Origin: Phoronis australis
Lineage: Eukaryota > Animalia > Phoronida
Direction: 5' to 3'
NCBI GenBank assembly: GCA_002633005.1
Contig: NMRA01000155.1
Location: forward strand, 745,643 to 809,642
Length of the DNA stretch: 64,000 bases
In this document: piece by piece, positions 14,001 through 24,687 of the stretch
Position numbering within the stretch: the stretch's first letter is position 1
Layout: every line of letters starts with the position of its first letter
Program-made: the position numbers and the translations under genes
Notes under the pieces: generated by a model
Database searches by the model: none
What the model saw: the letters and a program-made list of their open reading frames with translations, nothing else
What the model was told of the DNA's origin: nothing

Positions 14001-17000
14001 ATTACACAAGAGTAATCACTACAAGCCTGCTCGAACCCGCAATGTTCACAAAATCTACCCGGTGCTCACTGTCAGAGTATGAAAGTATGGTCAATCATGA
14101 ATTGAGTGATTCAACAGAGTGGTGAAATTGCTTTGATTCTAACTATGCCAATTGAGCCATAGTAGAATTTGTAACAAGTTCTTGACACTAAATATTTCTC
14201 TGTTAAGTTACATAGTAAGTGGTATGTACATATTGCACTCAACATTTGTACATTATTGCATGTTTTTGAACTTAAAATTTTTTTTTGCTATTTAGAAAAT
14301 CATGCAATAGAATAAACAGCGTTACTGTCAATCGGACCAAAGCTCAGCCAATGAAAAGACTCGTAACAAAACCCATGCGCTTTCATTACCACATTCTAGA
14401 CCACACGTAGAGACCGGACGGTTCCGTCCTATCATGGTTCATGACTGATCATAAAAAGGTGATGTAAGTTACAACAAGGCCTGGTCCTAACATCAAGGGT
14501 GCAGATTGGTTCCATCATGGCTACCGTCTTTAACACTTAATTCCACGTTGATGATTGCTCGCGGTAACGGCCTTAAGCTCACTCCGTGTGTTAGTCTATT
14601 CAGGACGCTCCCGGGCGCTGGTTCCCGTCCTACGTGCCTAGCCAGCACGCAGGTATCACGCAGTCGCACGCGCTTTAGCATTGATTGGTGTAACCTTGGC
14701 AGTCATTGGTTAGCTTTTCAACAACGTGAAAAAATGGCGGACTATGAACGTTTTTTAGCCTCAAGTGGCGCAGCAAATATATTTCGTTTCTCCAGTAATT
14801 TTTAATAGCCCGGTGCGTGCTTGAGCCACATCTGGCCCATTTAACCGGTGTGTTATTCACACTGTATCAATACAGGACATTATCGTAAAGAAAAGTCATC
14901 GACAGTAAAAAATGCACTCCGAAAAGGTGCAATCACAATTTCTGGGATTCAGATTTCCTGAACACAAATTTTAAGCACCGATTTGTCTGTACAACGGACA
15001 ACATTTACACAAGCTCCATCAGTCATGTCAGTTTGTTTGCGTAAAGCGCTGCTTGTTGAGAATTCGACCAGCCAATCAGAAACGCAGGTGTAAAAAATTT
15101 CCTGAGGAAAATTACGGGATACCTGCGTGCTGGCTACCGACCACCTAGCGGCACACAGGAACCAGCGAAGTCAGGACGTCACCTGTGGACACGTCATGTG
15201 ACCTAATCAATATACATGTAGGTAAGAACAGACTTCATACCAAACCGGGATTCCAGCCCGGGACCTTCTCTGTGGTGTTTTTTAAAAGAAACGACACCTA
15301 TCAGGCTAGACAATTCACATGCATAGAACATCATGGATTGAACATAAAAACCTCTAAAAATATGTCATTGAATTTTTTACGCAAAAATGTATCATATTCA
15401 CTACACCATATCTTATATGTCAATTGTCATTTTGTGTTTGATTTTACTTAATTTCTGTTTTTGTTGACAAAGGAAGTTATTACATCCGAAAATTTCAAAT
15501 TTCAGTTGATCCATTCTTGTTGTTTTATTTACCTATTTATATTCTACATTTCATGAAACAATAGTATCCTTGGGAGGATCTGGATTGCCTTATTTAGTTT
15601 CAGATATATTTTCTACGTTAAATGAAGTACAAATGCAAATAGCACCGGTTATTTACATTTAACTTACTGTCATTTAACTAAATGGACAACTGTTCACAAA
15701 TTGAAAAGTTGCATTAAATTTACAAATGGTTCACAATACTAAGATATGAATTCAATGGTGTTTGAATTTGTACTTGGGAACACAATGATTTCCATGCAGC
15801 ACGTGTGTGCTGGTTGAAGTGAAGGATTTAACTAGAACATTAGCTAAGTGTTTTTTGCATTTTTGTTGTAAATAATTCCACTGAAAATGTTTGTTTTGAA
15901 TGACTTAGTAACAATCCATGTCGTTACCAAGACTAGTGGACGAACACCCAAAAGCGCTGCACTTAACTTACACAGTAGGTAAATTTCAAGATTTCCGCAC
16001 AAAGACTATATGCTCACTTATGACTTGGTACTTGAGTTAACGCACTACGTTGTCTGCTCAGTCATGAAACTGAAGACATCTTTTACCAAAAGCAGCGCGA
16101 AAACGAAACATCATGTACTTTTGTATGGAACCTCATTTCTCGTGATAGGTAATTTGTCCTTATACAACAATCGGAGTTTAATCATGGCAAAATCACTGAA
16201 AGAAACTCGAGACAAAGCGCATTATACAAAGTCGAACGTGCGGATCGGGAAAAGTTTCCGAGAGGACAAGCAAAGCAGAGTTTTCAAGGCTTCGATGTAC
16301 TGCGTTCAACTTTATGACACAACCCTTTCTGTTGACGAAATACTAGAACAAGCTAACTTCTGTAAGAAAGGTAACTATCAGATTAATAAATTAAAATTGC
16401 TTTGAACCTACAGATTAATAAATAAATACTGCCGGTTGTCAAAAAAACAGATCCTGCAGTGGTTAATGATCTTGATTTGTTCACAAGAACTTGGCTAGAG
16501 CTGACAACTCGGTCATTGCTATGAACCCGAGGGTCATTTTTGATTCATGTTTGTGGCAACGCTATTATTTATTGTTTTAATAAGCATGGGTGCACCCAGG
16601 GGGGCTCGAAGGAGCCCCCCCTAATTTGGCGAACTGGGCAAAAAGGTCACCCTCAATGAAACAAAAAGTCCGAGCAAACGAGACCAAAGTCCACAAAGCC
16701 CATAGAAATTCTTCACGGATGCACAATTCGTACAGTAGGCCTGAACCTAGTGACCCCGTTTTTTTTTTGTCCTCTTGATTTTCCTCAGTAAAAAGTCCGC
16801 GTACCGAGAAATTCGAGCTCCCCTATATTTTAGTCTGGGTGCACGCATGATAAGAAACTTCCACACACAGTCGAAAATTTTCAAATTGAACAATCTGTTG
16901 TTTAAAATACAACATAAAACTCATATGTTTTATAAATTAATTGATGACATAAACAACGCTCCTTGCAAGGTTTTTTGGGCAAATTCTGTGGAACTCTCTT

Positions 17001-17564
17001 CTGTTCTACAGTTTCACACAATCAAGCTATAGATGACAATCGTCTGACCGTCACTGGGTTTCTCAAAGAGGATTTCAATCTCTTCGAGTATTCACTGGGG
17101 ATTTTTTTGGAAAAATATAATTTTCCTACAACGACGCACGTGCTTATTTGTATATGTGGTAGCTACGTGCCCCTGCGCTCGTACTCTCATAGACCTACCT
17201 GTTGCTGACTATTACTGTTTGAATGATGCGTGTCGTTATTTTGACAGTTTCTCAATGCCAACCGAAACTGAAGCTGGAGAAGTTCAACTATCTCAGGAAA
17301 ATGAACTCATGTCTGAAAGAACGCCATTTGCGCAACAGGTACATCGCGAGTTCTCTTAGTCATTGTGCCATGTTATGCTCACAAGAGTCCTATCCACCGT
17401 GCCTCACGTTCAACTACGTGTCACCAGAGAGAGCGTGTGAAACCAGTATTATGCCTGCCAATCAACTGCAAGATCATGACTTTGAGACTAGGAATGCCTG
17501 TCGGGCATATCAACTCTGGGATGGTTCAGATACCTGCCACTCACATTATGTACAGTGTCCTTAA
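8086..17564 (+). CDS. Secreted LamG/concanavalin-A-like (pentraxin-like) + C-terminal PAN/Apple domain protein, 364 aa; exons 8086-8170, 12956-13146, 13589-13868, 16149-16370, 17248-17564
   Basis: Exon 1 is a signal peptide, MTLFTLGWIFNVVLSVVLILSCIPYWCK, ending at G|GTAAGC. LamG motifs: PVGAWALDE..DLSGNCNHG..FSGNSSAFVEIP, SFTFMTWIK, RWFLLSVTYDSKTG-NLSLYNN, VRIG..FKASMYCVQLYDTTLS. PAN pattern: SLSHCAMLC..CLTFNY..ACE. Intron phases 1,0,1,1 all match and the total is 1095 nt. AATAAA at 17609. Confidence 0.88.
9520..9800. mobile_element. MITE, CATG-ended family, copy 1
   Basis: Similar to 16585-16849 over its full length; ends catgcacgc...gcgcgcatg; flanks GTAAG / GTAAC (near 5-bp TSD). Confidence 0.7.
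11908..12409. mobile_element. Cluster of GC-rich hAT-type MITE fragments
   Basis: Repeated ggcggattta-ggggg starts and a ggatccgcc end, like the TIRs of the 21820-24153 element. Confidence 0.5.
13477..13526. repeat. (TGCAA)10 microsatellite
   Basis: Perfect pentanucleotide run, in intron 2 of the LamG-PAN gene. Confidence 0.95.
14639..15136. mobile_element. MITE with 19-bp perfect TIR
   Basis: tagccagcacgcaggtatc at 14639 and gatacctgcgtgctggcta ending at 15136; non-coding. Confidence 0.75.
16585..16849. mobile_element. MITE, CATG-ended family, copy 2
   Basis: TIR catgggtgcacccag / ctgggtgcacgcatg, with a perfect 5-bp flanking repeat ATAAG (16580-16584, 16850-16854). Confidence 0.8.
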
Positions 17565-19795
17565 AGGCCGCATTTTGCAAACATGGACCGATTCCATTGG
17601 AATGTGACAATAAATGGGCGGGAGGTTTTGGGGTGACATTTTTCTTTTGGTGTTGGCGTTGCAATATATTTTTAAAAAGCCGTATTTTCTTTTAAACCAA
17701 TGCCGAATCAGCAATGCAATCAATGAAAATATTCTAGAGATGTGTACGTGTTTTTTTTAAATTTATACAATACGATGGTATGTGAAATAAAAGTCGTCAG
17801 ATCAATCCCACCCCAGAAAACGGTCTAAGCAGTGGTTGTATACTGAGCTTCTGATGGTCTACGTTGGTTATGCTAACGGGCGACTAGAATGAGGGAAGAT
17901 CAATAAATTCTTGAAATACTGTAGTTCAGGCTTGTTTAGTGAATGTCAAGTTGTCCGACGTGAAATAGAATCAACGATTAGAATTACTGAGCTAATTTCA
18001 AAACTTGCCTGTAAATATTTACTCTAGTATAGTACATTTAAACAAGACGGAGATTATTTACTGACAATTTATTGAACAACTTCCTTAACTATGGAAACAT
18101 GCATGTGTTAGTAAAAGAATATGTGTTATCTATCTGTACGCTTTCAGTTCAAATACACTTGTTACTTTTTAGTAAACATTAAAAACAGAGTGAATAAAGT
18201 GCTTGTCAAAAATTCAAATGAAAATGTGTTTCAATGAGGGAATAGTAGCAGCTAATTCCACGCCAAATTAAATACTTTACATGTATGCTGACCATTTCTT
18301 GGCTCAGTTATGCTGTCCATTAGCTCGATAAAGGAATTGCCAGCATTCCTAGATTTATACAAAAAAGCAATATTGACATTTCCAAATGCTACCACTATCG
18401 ATCGTTGTTACTTTTATGTCTCATACATTCGGATTAGCTGGGGCCACTTCCATAGACGGCAATTACCTGGAAATTTCTTATCAGAAACAATAAGGCCTTT
18501 CGATTATCGTTGCGACACGTTTGAGAGGCTTTTTACAATAAATACAATACGAAACAAAAATAGTCAGACAAGATATCGTTTCCCTGTCGTGCTCGTTAAT
18601 TCTAGGAACACCAAAATTCTAACTGCAGAATGGTTGAGTCATCTTATTAACGTTTTTGTTAATTTCCCGTAACTCACCTCACGAGCGAAGACTCCGCTGT
18701 CGATGAATTCTGTTTGCCAGCCGTCATGACGGTGAATTCTGGGTCATTCTGTTTGCCAGCCGTCACGATGGTGAATTCTGGGTCGTTTTGTTCGAATACG
18801 GTTGGCTTGAACTGTGGGTTTTAATTCATAACAATTTCCGTGCGTTTAATACTGATATGTTTTGATCCGCCGAGTTGAGAAACTAATCTGCAAACACCAT
18901 TATTGCATCGTGTTCGTACAAGTAGTTACTTAGAGAATATGGCCGACTGAAACATGTTTCGAGTTTTTACAGACTAACACACAGATAACAGAGACCACTG
19001 ACAGGAAATATGAAAAACAAAACATGAGATATAGACAAACCGATATGTAGGAAAAGTGCACTTTTTCTTGGGTTAGCATTTATAAATTTGATTTATTTCA
19101 AACATGATCTCGCCTGCAGCTCACATGTAGGTTTTTCCTCACACATCAGGTGGCGTTAGTTGGTTTGTTGGGGCGTGTTTTGGTTTTTTGGGACGCTTTT
19201 CCTTCCCCTGGATACAAAAATACGTACGACGTACATCATTGGCATCCGTGAGTGATTGCCACATATCACTGCTTGTCTTAAAGAATTGTATGGCTGTGTA
19301 CATATAGACCTACGCGATTCTGCGCGTACGCGTAAGTGATGGAAGATATTGCCAAGCCCAAACTTCGATGAAGGACTCTCCCTTCAGATGGCGTGGATGT
19401 TTCAGGGTTGTGTCGGAAATGCGTTCGGTATTCATGGTAAGAATTACACCTTGCACCTTCTAAATAGCTCCAATACAAGTCCACAATAAACTTAGGCTCA
19501 CCGATCTGTTCATTAATTGGCAGATGACGAACTGTCCTCTTCACTGGGTGTCGAACTGGGCCTGTATTCACTTTCACTACTCAACATCGCTGCAGGGCTG
19601 CTTACAGGCTCTGGGCTGGAGACAACAGCACAGGGCGAATCACTGTTAGTTACCGTAATTGCACGCAATGTGGTACGTTTGGAGGCACGGGTGACAGTAG
19701 ACGAAGTGCCTCCAGTCACTGTATATAGTGGACACAGCTCGCGAGGCTTCTCGCTTCAAAAACGCACTTCTCGGGATTGGCAACGGGGCACTGCC

Positions 19796-20086
19796 GGGAA
19801 TCAATAGCGACGGTATGGTACCCTTCTTCAGGCGTTGTTTCGCAGGGACCTTCACAATTCAGCGTACATATCTCTGTCGTAATCTGCCGACAGAAAATGC
19901 TTGCCACACACTCGGTAACCCTCCACTAATTTGTACGTTGCGTGGACGGGTAGCGCTGCGTTCTTCACATGAACGAGCTAGCCAAGTACGGCGAAGTGTG
20001 TCAACCTTCGGAAAGCGACGCAAGGTACCCAAAGCGCGTGTGAGACGATAATGAGTACATCTCGGCACGCAGCAACAGCGTGGCAT
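19796..20086 (-). pseudogene. THAP zinc-finger domain relic (transposon-derived), frameshifted
   Basis: MPRCCCVPRC...RFPKVDTLRRTW in one frame, VCGKHF in a second and RLKKGTIPSL in a third. This is the C2CH THAP signature plus an AVPTIF-like box, broken by frameshifts. Confidence 0.75.
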
Positions 20087-21819
20087 GTTGACTGACTTGT
20101 AAACAAAAGCAAACAACTACCAAACATATCACAACCGAGGTAGAACAATGACTAACTCGACAGTTCTCACAGTCAGACTATAATGAAAGGAAATTGGCGC
20201 GAAACTCTTGCCTCCCAAAACGTCACTTCCGGAGTAGAGGATGAGAAATTAATGAAATTACAAAAAGCTGTAATTAAGTGAAAAATGTGTCTGGGATAAT
20301 CAACGAACCTTATTTTTGCTAAAAGTGACATGAAAAAAGGTTGCCTTCGCCTTTAATAACCCCTGCCGTGACTGGTACCAGGCGTGAAATCACTTTTGTT
20401 ATGCAATTCGCTAACGGGTACATTTATGAACAACAATATGAAAACTTAGGTAATTTTATTTGCTCTGCACACTTTAACACTCTTTTTATTTGTCGTAAAG
20501 CCCCTCATTTACTATTTGTACGCGACAGGCTTTCTATAAAGTTTCTGCGCCAAGTCTCGCAAAAACATTGCAAGTACAAAGTAGTCATGATTATGTGAAA
20601 TACCTCAGTTAAAAGCAATGGCTGATAACTATATTAGAACAAACTTCTGAAAATAGTGGTAACATTTTGTTAATAGAATTCGCGTTTCAAGTTGGCATGC
20701 ATCTAGTACTTGCTATTCGTCGACGATAAAAAATCGAAATATCCTTCACTCAAATTATAAGTCTTAATTCAAATAATCACAATTCTCTTGTTAAATCATT
20801 CTTACATTTCAAAAATTGAAAATGTTAAAACAATCATGAAGCTCTACCATATTTCTGTGTCTCGTATTACGTGTATTTGTAAAAAATAAGCGATGAAAGT
20901 TGGCTGGTCTAGAAGCACGCGCCATCTGTCGGTTCGGGCTTTGCCGTTTCCACGTGTTTCCAGAAGGTCGTCTCTTCACAGAAATTATTACTGTCACCGC
21001 AGTCCATCAGATGCTGACTCTCTGCTTCCACGTCTGCCGGTTCAGAAAAAGGCACTCGACACTCATCGAAACCTAAATAAAAGTTGTATACCTGATCTTT
21101 CATATAACGCTTAACCTGAAAAGGGCGCCTTAGTTATCCTTTCAGCTTTCCTACCTTAATGTATCTTTTCTTACCACGGGACCCCGTCTCTCTCTCAGAG
21201 GGGAAGTTTCGGTGCAGAGGCGGATTTAGGGGGGCCCAGGGCCCCCCCCCNGAGTGTAGGGAAATGTTGAGTTTATTAATTAACCCCGGTAATTAAAATT
21301 ATACGGATGAAAAAAGATTTAACTGTGTGCAGTTGGGGGGCGCTCAAATCCAATTTCAAGTGTCAAATTCGGAACACGGCGCATTCGTAACGGTATAGGC
21401 TCTCCCGCGATATCTCAGGCGACCGGCAGTGGCGCTGCGCACTACGACTCCTTTTCCGTCGTCTGCTCCACTGTACAATGAAGGAAATTTACTTCATTTT
21501 TTAAAGAAAATGGAACCTGAGTGAGGATGTAAAAACAGAAGCTGCTGGTAAGATGTGAATTTTAATTGAAGCCTTAGTCAATCACTCAGAAACTCGCAAT
21601 ACTCTCTTTGCCAAACCTTATCTTAAGACGATTTACAAAGCAATCCCGTCATTATTGCCAACACGAAAAACGGATTTGGTCTTTTGGGCATTTGAAGACT
21701 ATTTTAAATACGACAAATTTGTTAAGTTAGAATTGATGGAACAAAATATAAAACGTGTAATAAGCCTTACAAAAAGAAGTAGGTTTCGCGCGCAAACGCT
21801 GTGGACCATTAACAAGTAG

Positions 21820-24153
21820 CAGTGGCGGATCTACGTTTTCAGAAAGGGGGGGTTAGGATTCCTGCAAAGATCGAATCCTAGGCGCGTGGCGCCGCGCGGG
21901 GGAGGTTCCCCACTCCCGTGTAAGAACTTTTTTGATTTTGTAGTCAAATAGTGAAATTTCCATGCATCCTGGTAAGTGTCTGGCACTTAATATGTCTCTG
22001 GAGTTTTTCTTAGGATAATTAAAACCCTTCTCGATTTCGTCACATGAACTTGGCTCATAAGTTTCGTGAAACCATATTGTGCACATCTGGGTATGATTCA
22101 CGCCACCAGCAAATTTTTTTGTTGGAACATTCTGCTTACGCACATCTTTTTTAGCATACGAAAAGGTGTGGTGCGTATACAGGGGCTTAGACAACTTTCA
22201 AATATTCAAGAGCATAAGGAGCACCGACGGGGCGTAAAAACTTGAATATCAGATGATCGCGTAACCGCAAGTTGTTTAAGAACGAAGACCTGTACTGTTA
22301 GTCCGGACATAAACATGTGTTCTGTCTCGTTACGAGAAAAACTGGCGAACAATGGTGCTCTCAGCTCATAGTCTATTATTAAAAGCGACAATAAATAATT
22401 AAGTATCACTTTATTAAGCTGATTCACGTTGACAACAATTGAAAAACGTCAAATGTTTCAGGAAACAAATCATCCGAAAACAGTTTCACGAAACCAAAAC
22501 ATCCTGTGCACAGTGATGAAAAGATACATGTATACTGGACTAGTTTTTCAGAGGAACCAGATGTACACTGAGAGTACACAAAAAGGCTGACCTGGACCGT
22601 CACGAGACCAAGAATACACCTCTGGTTATTATCCCTATAAAAATAGTCGATCTGTCGCGGAACCAAACAGTACTGGCTGAGATAGTTTTACAACGCACAC
22701 TTTGGTAAAAGATCACACGACTAGTTCACCGAGGGACCAGAAGTACACTGAAACTCAACATCTACACAAGTCAAGCTGGCCTGGTCCGTTGCGAGACCTA
22801 AAGTGTACTATGGAAAAAATTTTGAATTTGAAAACTTCTCTCTAGACACTTTTTAATCCCCAGTGGTTACTCATACGTTAGTCCTATCCTTCTGTTGTCT
22901 AGACTGCAGAGGAATCTGTATATCGGATCCAATGATTTGCTCGTCTTGGAACCATTCTACCCAGATATCTTCGATGTTTGTTCCCAACGCTTGCACTTCG
23001 ACAACTGCTGTGTCAATGAGCTTGTAAGCCTCTACAATGTCAGCATCTCGTTTCGCAGCTCAATTGGCACTAAGGCCCTTCGGGTTGCCAAGTCCATTCA
23101 AACTGAGACTTATGCGCAACTAAATTTGATCCGTTCATCATGGACTGCTTCAAACCTTGACGACGTATCCCAGGACCTATTTGTATCTCTTGCAATTTTC
23201 GAATTAAACGTCCCAATATCTGAGCGCTTGAAACCCGAAGTACTAACATCAAATAAATGCCCATGGGTATGAGCGTTTCATCGGGGGGGTCTTTCTGCGA
23301 AAATTCACAGTGTAGAAGACGGCAGTGTGCTTATTGCAGGTACAAAAACGGTAGGTGTTGAGGTCGGAACAAGGGCTCCTTAGGAGGCCTATAGAACATC
23401 GCACGAGTCCTGCAAGACTTTGTTGTGAAAGAACAGCCTCCCAGCAATTTCTGGTACTGTACACAGTTTGCGAATGCGGTCAGTTTCAATGCGAGTCCCC
23501 CCTTGGTCCTTCCTTGTTTAGACATAACTTGTTAGAGTGTATCTTCAAACGGACTCGCGACCAGACCACGGCGCACGCCACAATAGCAATTTTTCGGAAA
23601 AAGATTTTTTTTCAAAAATATTACATGTACATGTACACTGTATGATATTGCGCAAGACAACTTTACTATACATCAGTTACAAACGTGTGGAGTGTAATAG
23701 AATGACACGGCATGGCAGATGAGTTAAAAACGTTGCACGTCAATTCGCCTGAATATCAGGGTTGCGGCACCACAGCATTTCCCCTAATCAAATCAAAACA
23801 TATCTTAAAGAAGCTAGTTACCTAAAGAAATCAGTTATAGAGCTGCTCTTTCAGCGGTGGATCCATCTAAAATGCTTGGCTACTTAAGAAATGTCGACGG
23901 AAGCGCACGCACAATTGATCTCCGCGTGTTTTGCCGATGAGCCACGAAGACTCAGCAATTCACAATATTTTCAGAGTGAATCCCCCGGGCCCCCCCCCCT
24001 CAATTTTCTCCAAGTTGGTTTATTTGAGGTTTACACACGGTGCCGTTTTTGTTTTGCTGGAGACGTTTTTGTTTTTGTTTTTTTTTATTTTTGGGTCCTG
24101 GCCCAAAGGGGGAGGTTTAAACCCCCTGAACCCCCCCCGTAGATCCGCCACTG
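21820..24153 (-). mobile_element. Defective hAT-superfamily DNA transposon with 5-bp TSD
   Basis: 16-bp perfect TIR cagtggcggatctacg / cgtagatccgccactg; AGTAG on both sides. Minus-strand transposase remnants at about 22860-23300 (KGLS..RDADIVEAYKLIDTAVVEVQAL..IEDIWVEWFQ..IQIP..SRQ) resemble THAP12/ZMYM1-type hAT transposases. Internal tandem repeats at about 22530-22810. Confidence 0.8.
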
Positions 24154-24184
24154 AGTAGGTCTCTTAGTATGAGATTAGTAGTTA

Positions 24185-24479
24185 AATCGTGGTGGTGTAT
24201 TGGTAACGCACGCGCGCTCTATCCGCCAGGTCGTGAGTTTGAGTCTTAGGTACTTGCAGTTTTTCCTGTTTGACACGTTCTCCGTGTTTTTTTTGCCTTT
24301 TTTTCTTGGATAATACTTCAGGAATCAAGGAAAATGCTTGATTTTTAGAGGTAAAAAAACCCTCCTGACCTCGCCCCATTCGGTGCTATGCGCATCTACA
24401 ATCGTGGTTCAGTTTGCGCAAATGCTTACAGCCGGACAAAATGTTGGGCCCCCCTTGTGATATCCTAGATCCGCTACTG
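24185..24479 (+). mobile_element. tRNA-headed interspersed repeat ending in a hAT-like TIR (second copy at 62873-63162)
   Basis: A-box-like tggtgtattgg and B-box-like gagtttgagtc, then about 250 bp closely similar to 62873-63162, ending gatccgctactg. Confidence 0.65.
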
Positions 24480-24687
24480 CGTTGGAGCGCAGCAACTACC
24501 TAGATGCTCCCATTTATATCTGCCGTGCAAGAAGGAAATCATAGGAAATGTACGCAAATGACATTGCTGCCAATAGTTATCAGAATAAACAGAATAAAAT
24601 GATATCACTTTAAACTCCGTAACATAAGTCACTGAGGTAACACGTTGCCCTGAAGCCGAGTCATTACCATTGGAAACACCGTCTTAC

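Noticed and set aside
22530-22810. Repeat-spacer-like pattern (CRISPR-like), also at 43850-45100
   Set aside because: Degenerate tandem units inside transposons, with no constant repeat plus unique spacers, no cas genes and a eukaryotic context.
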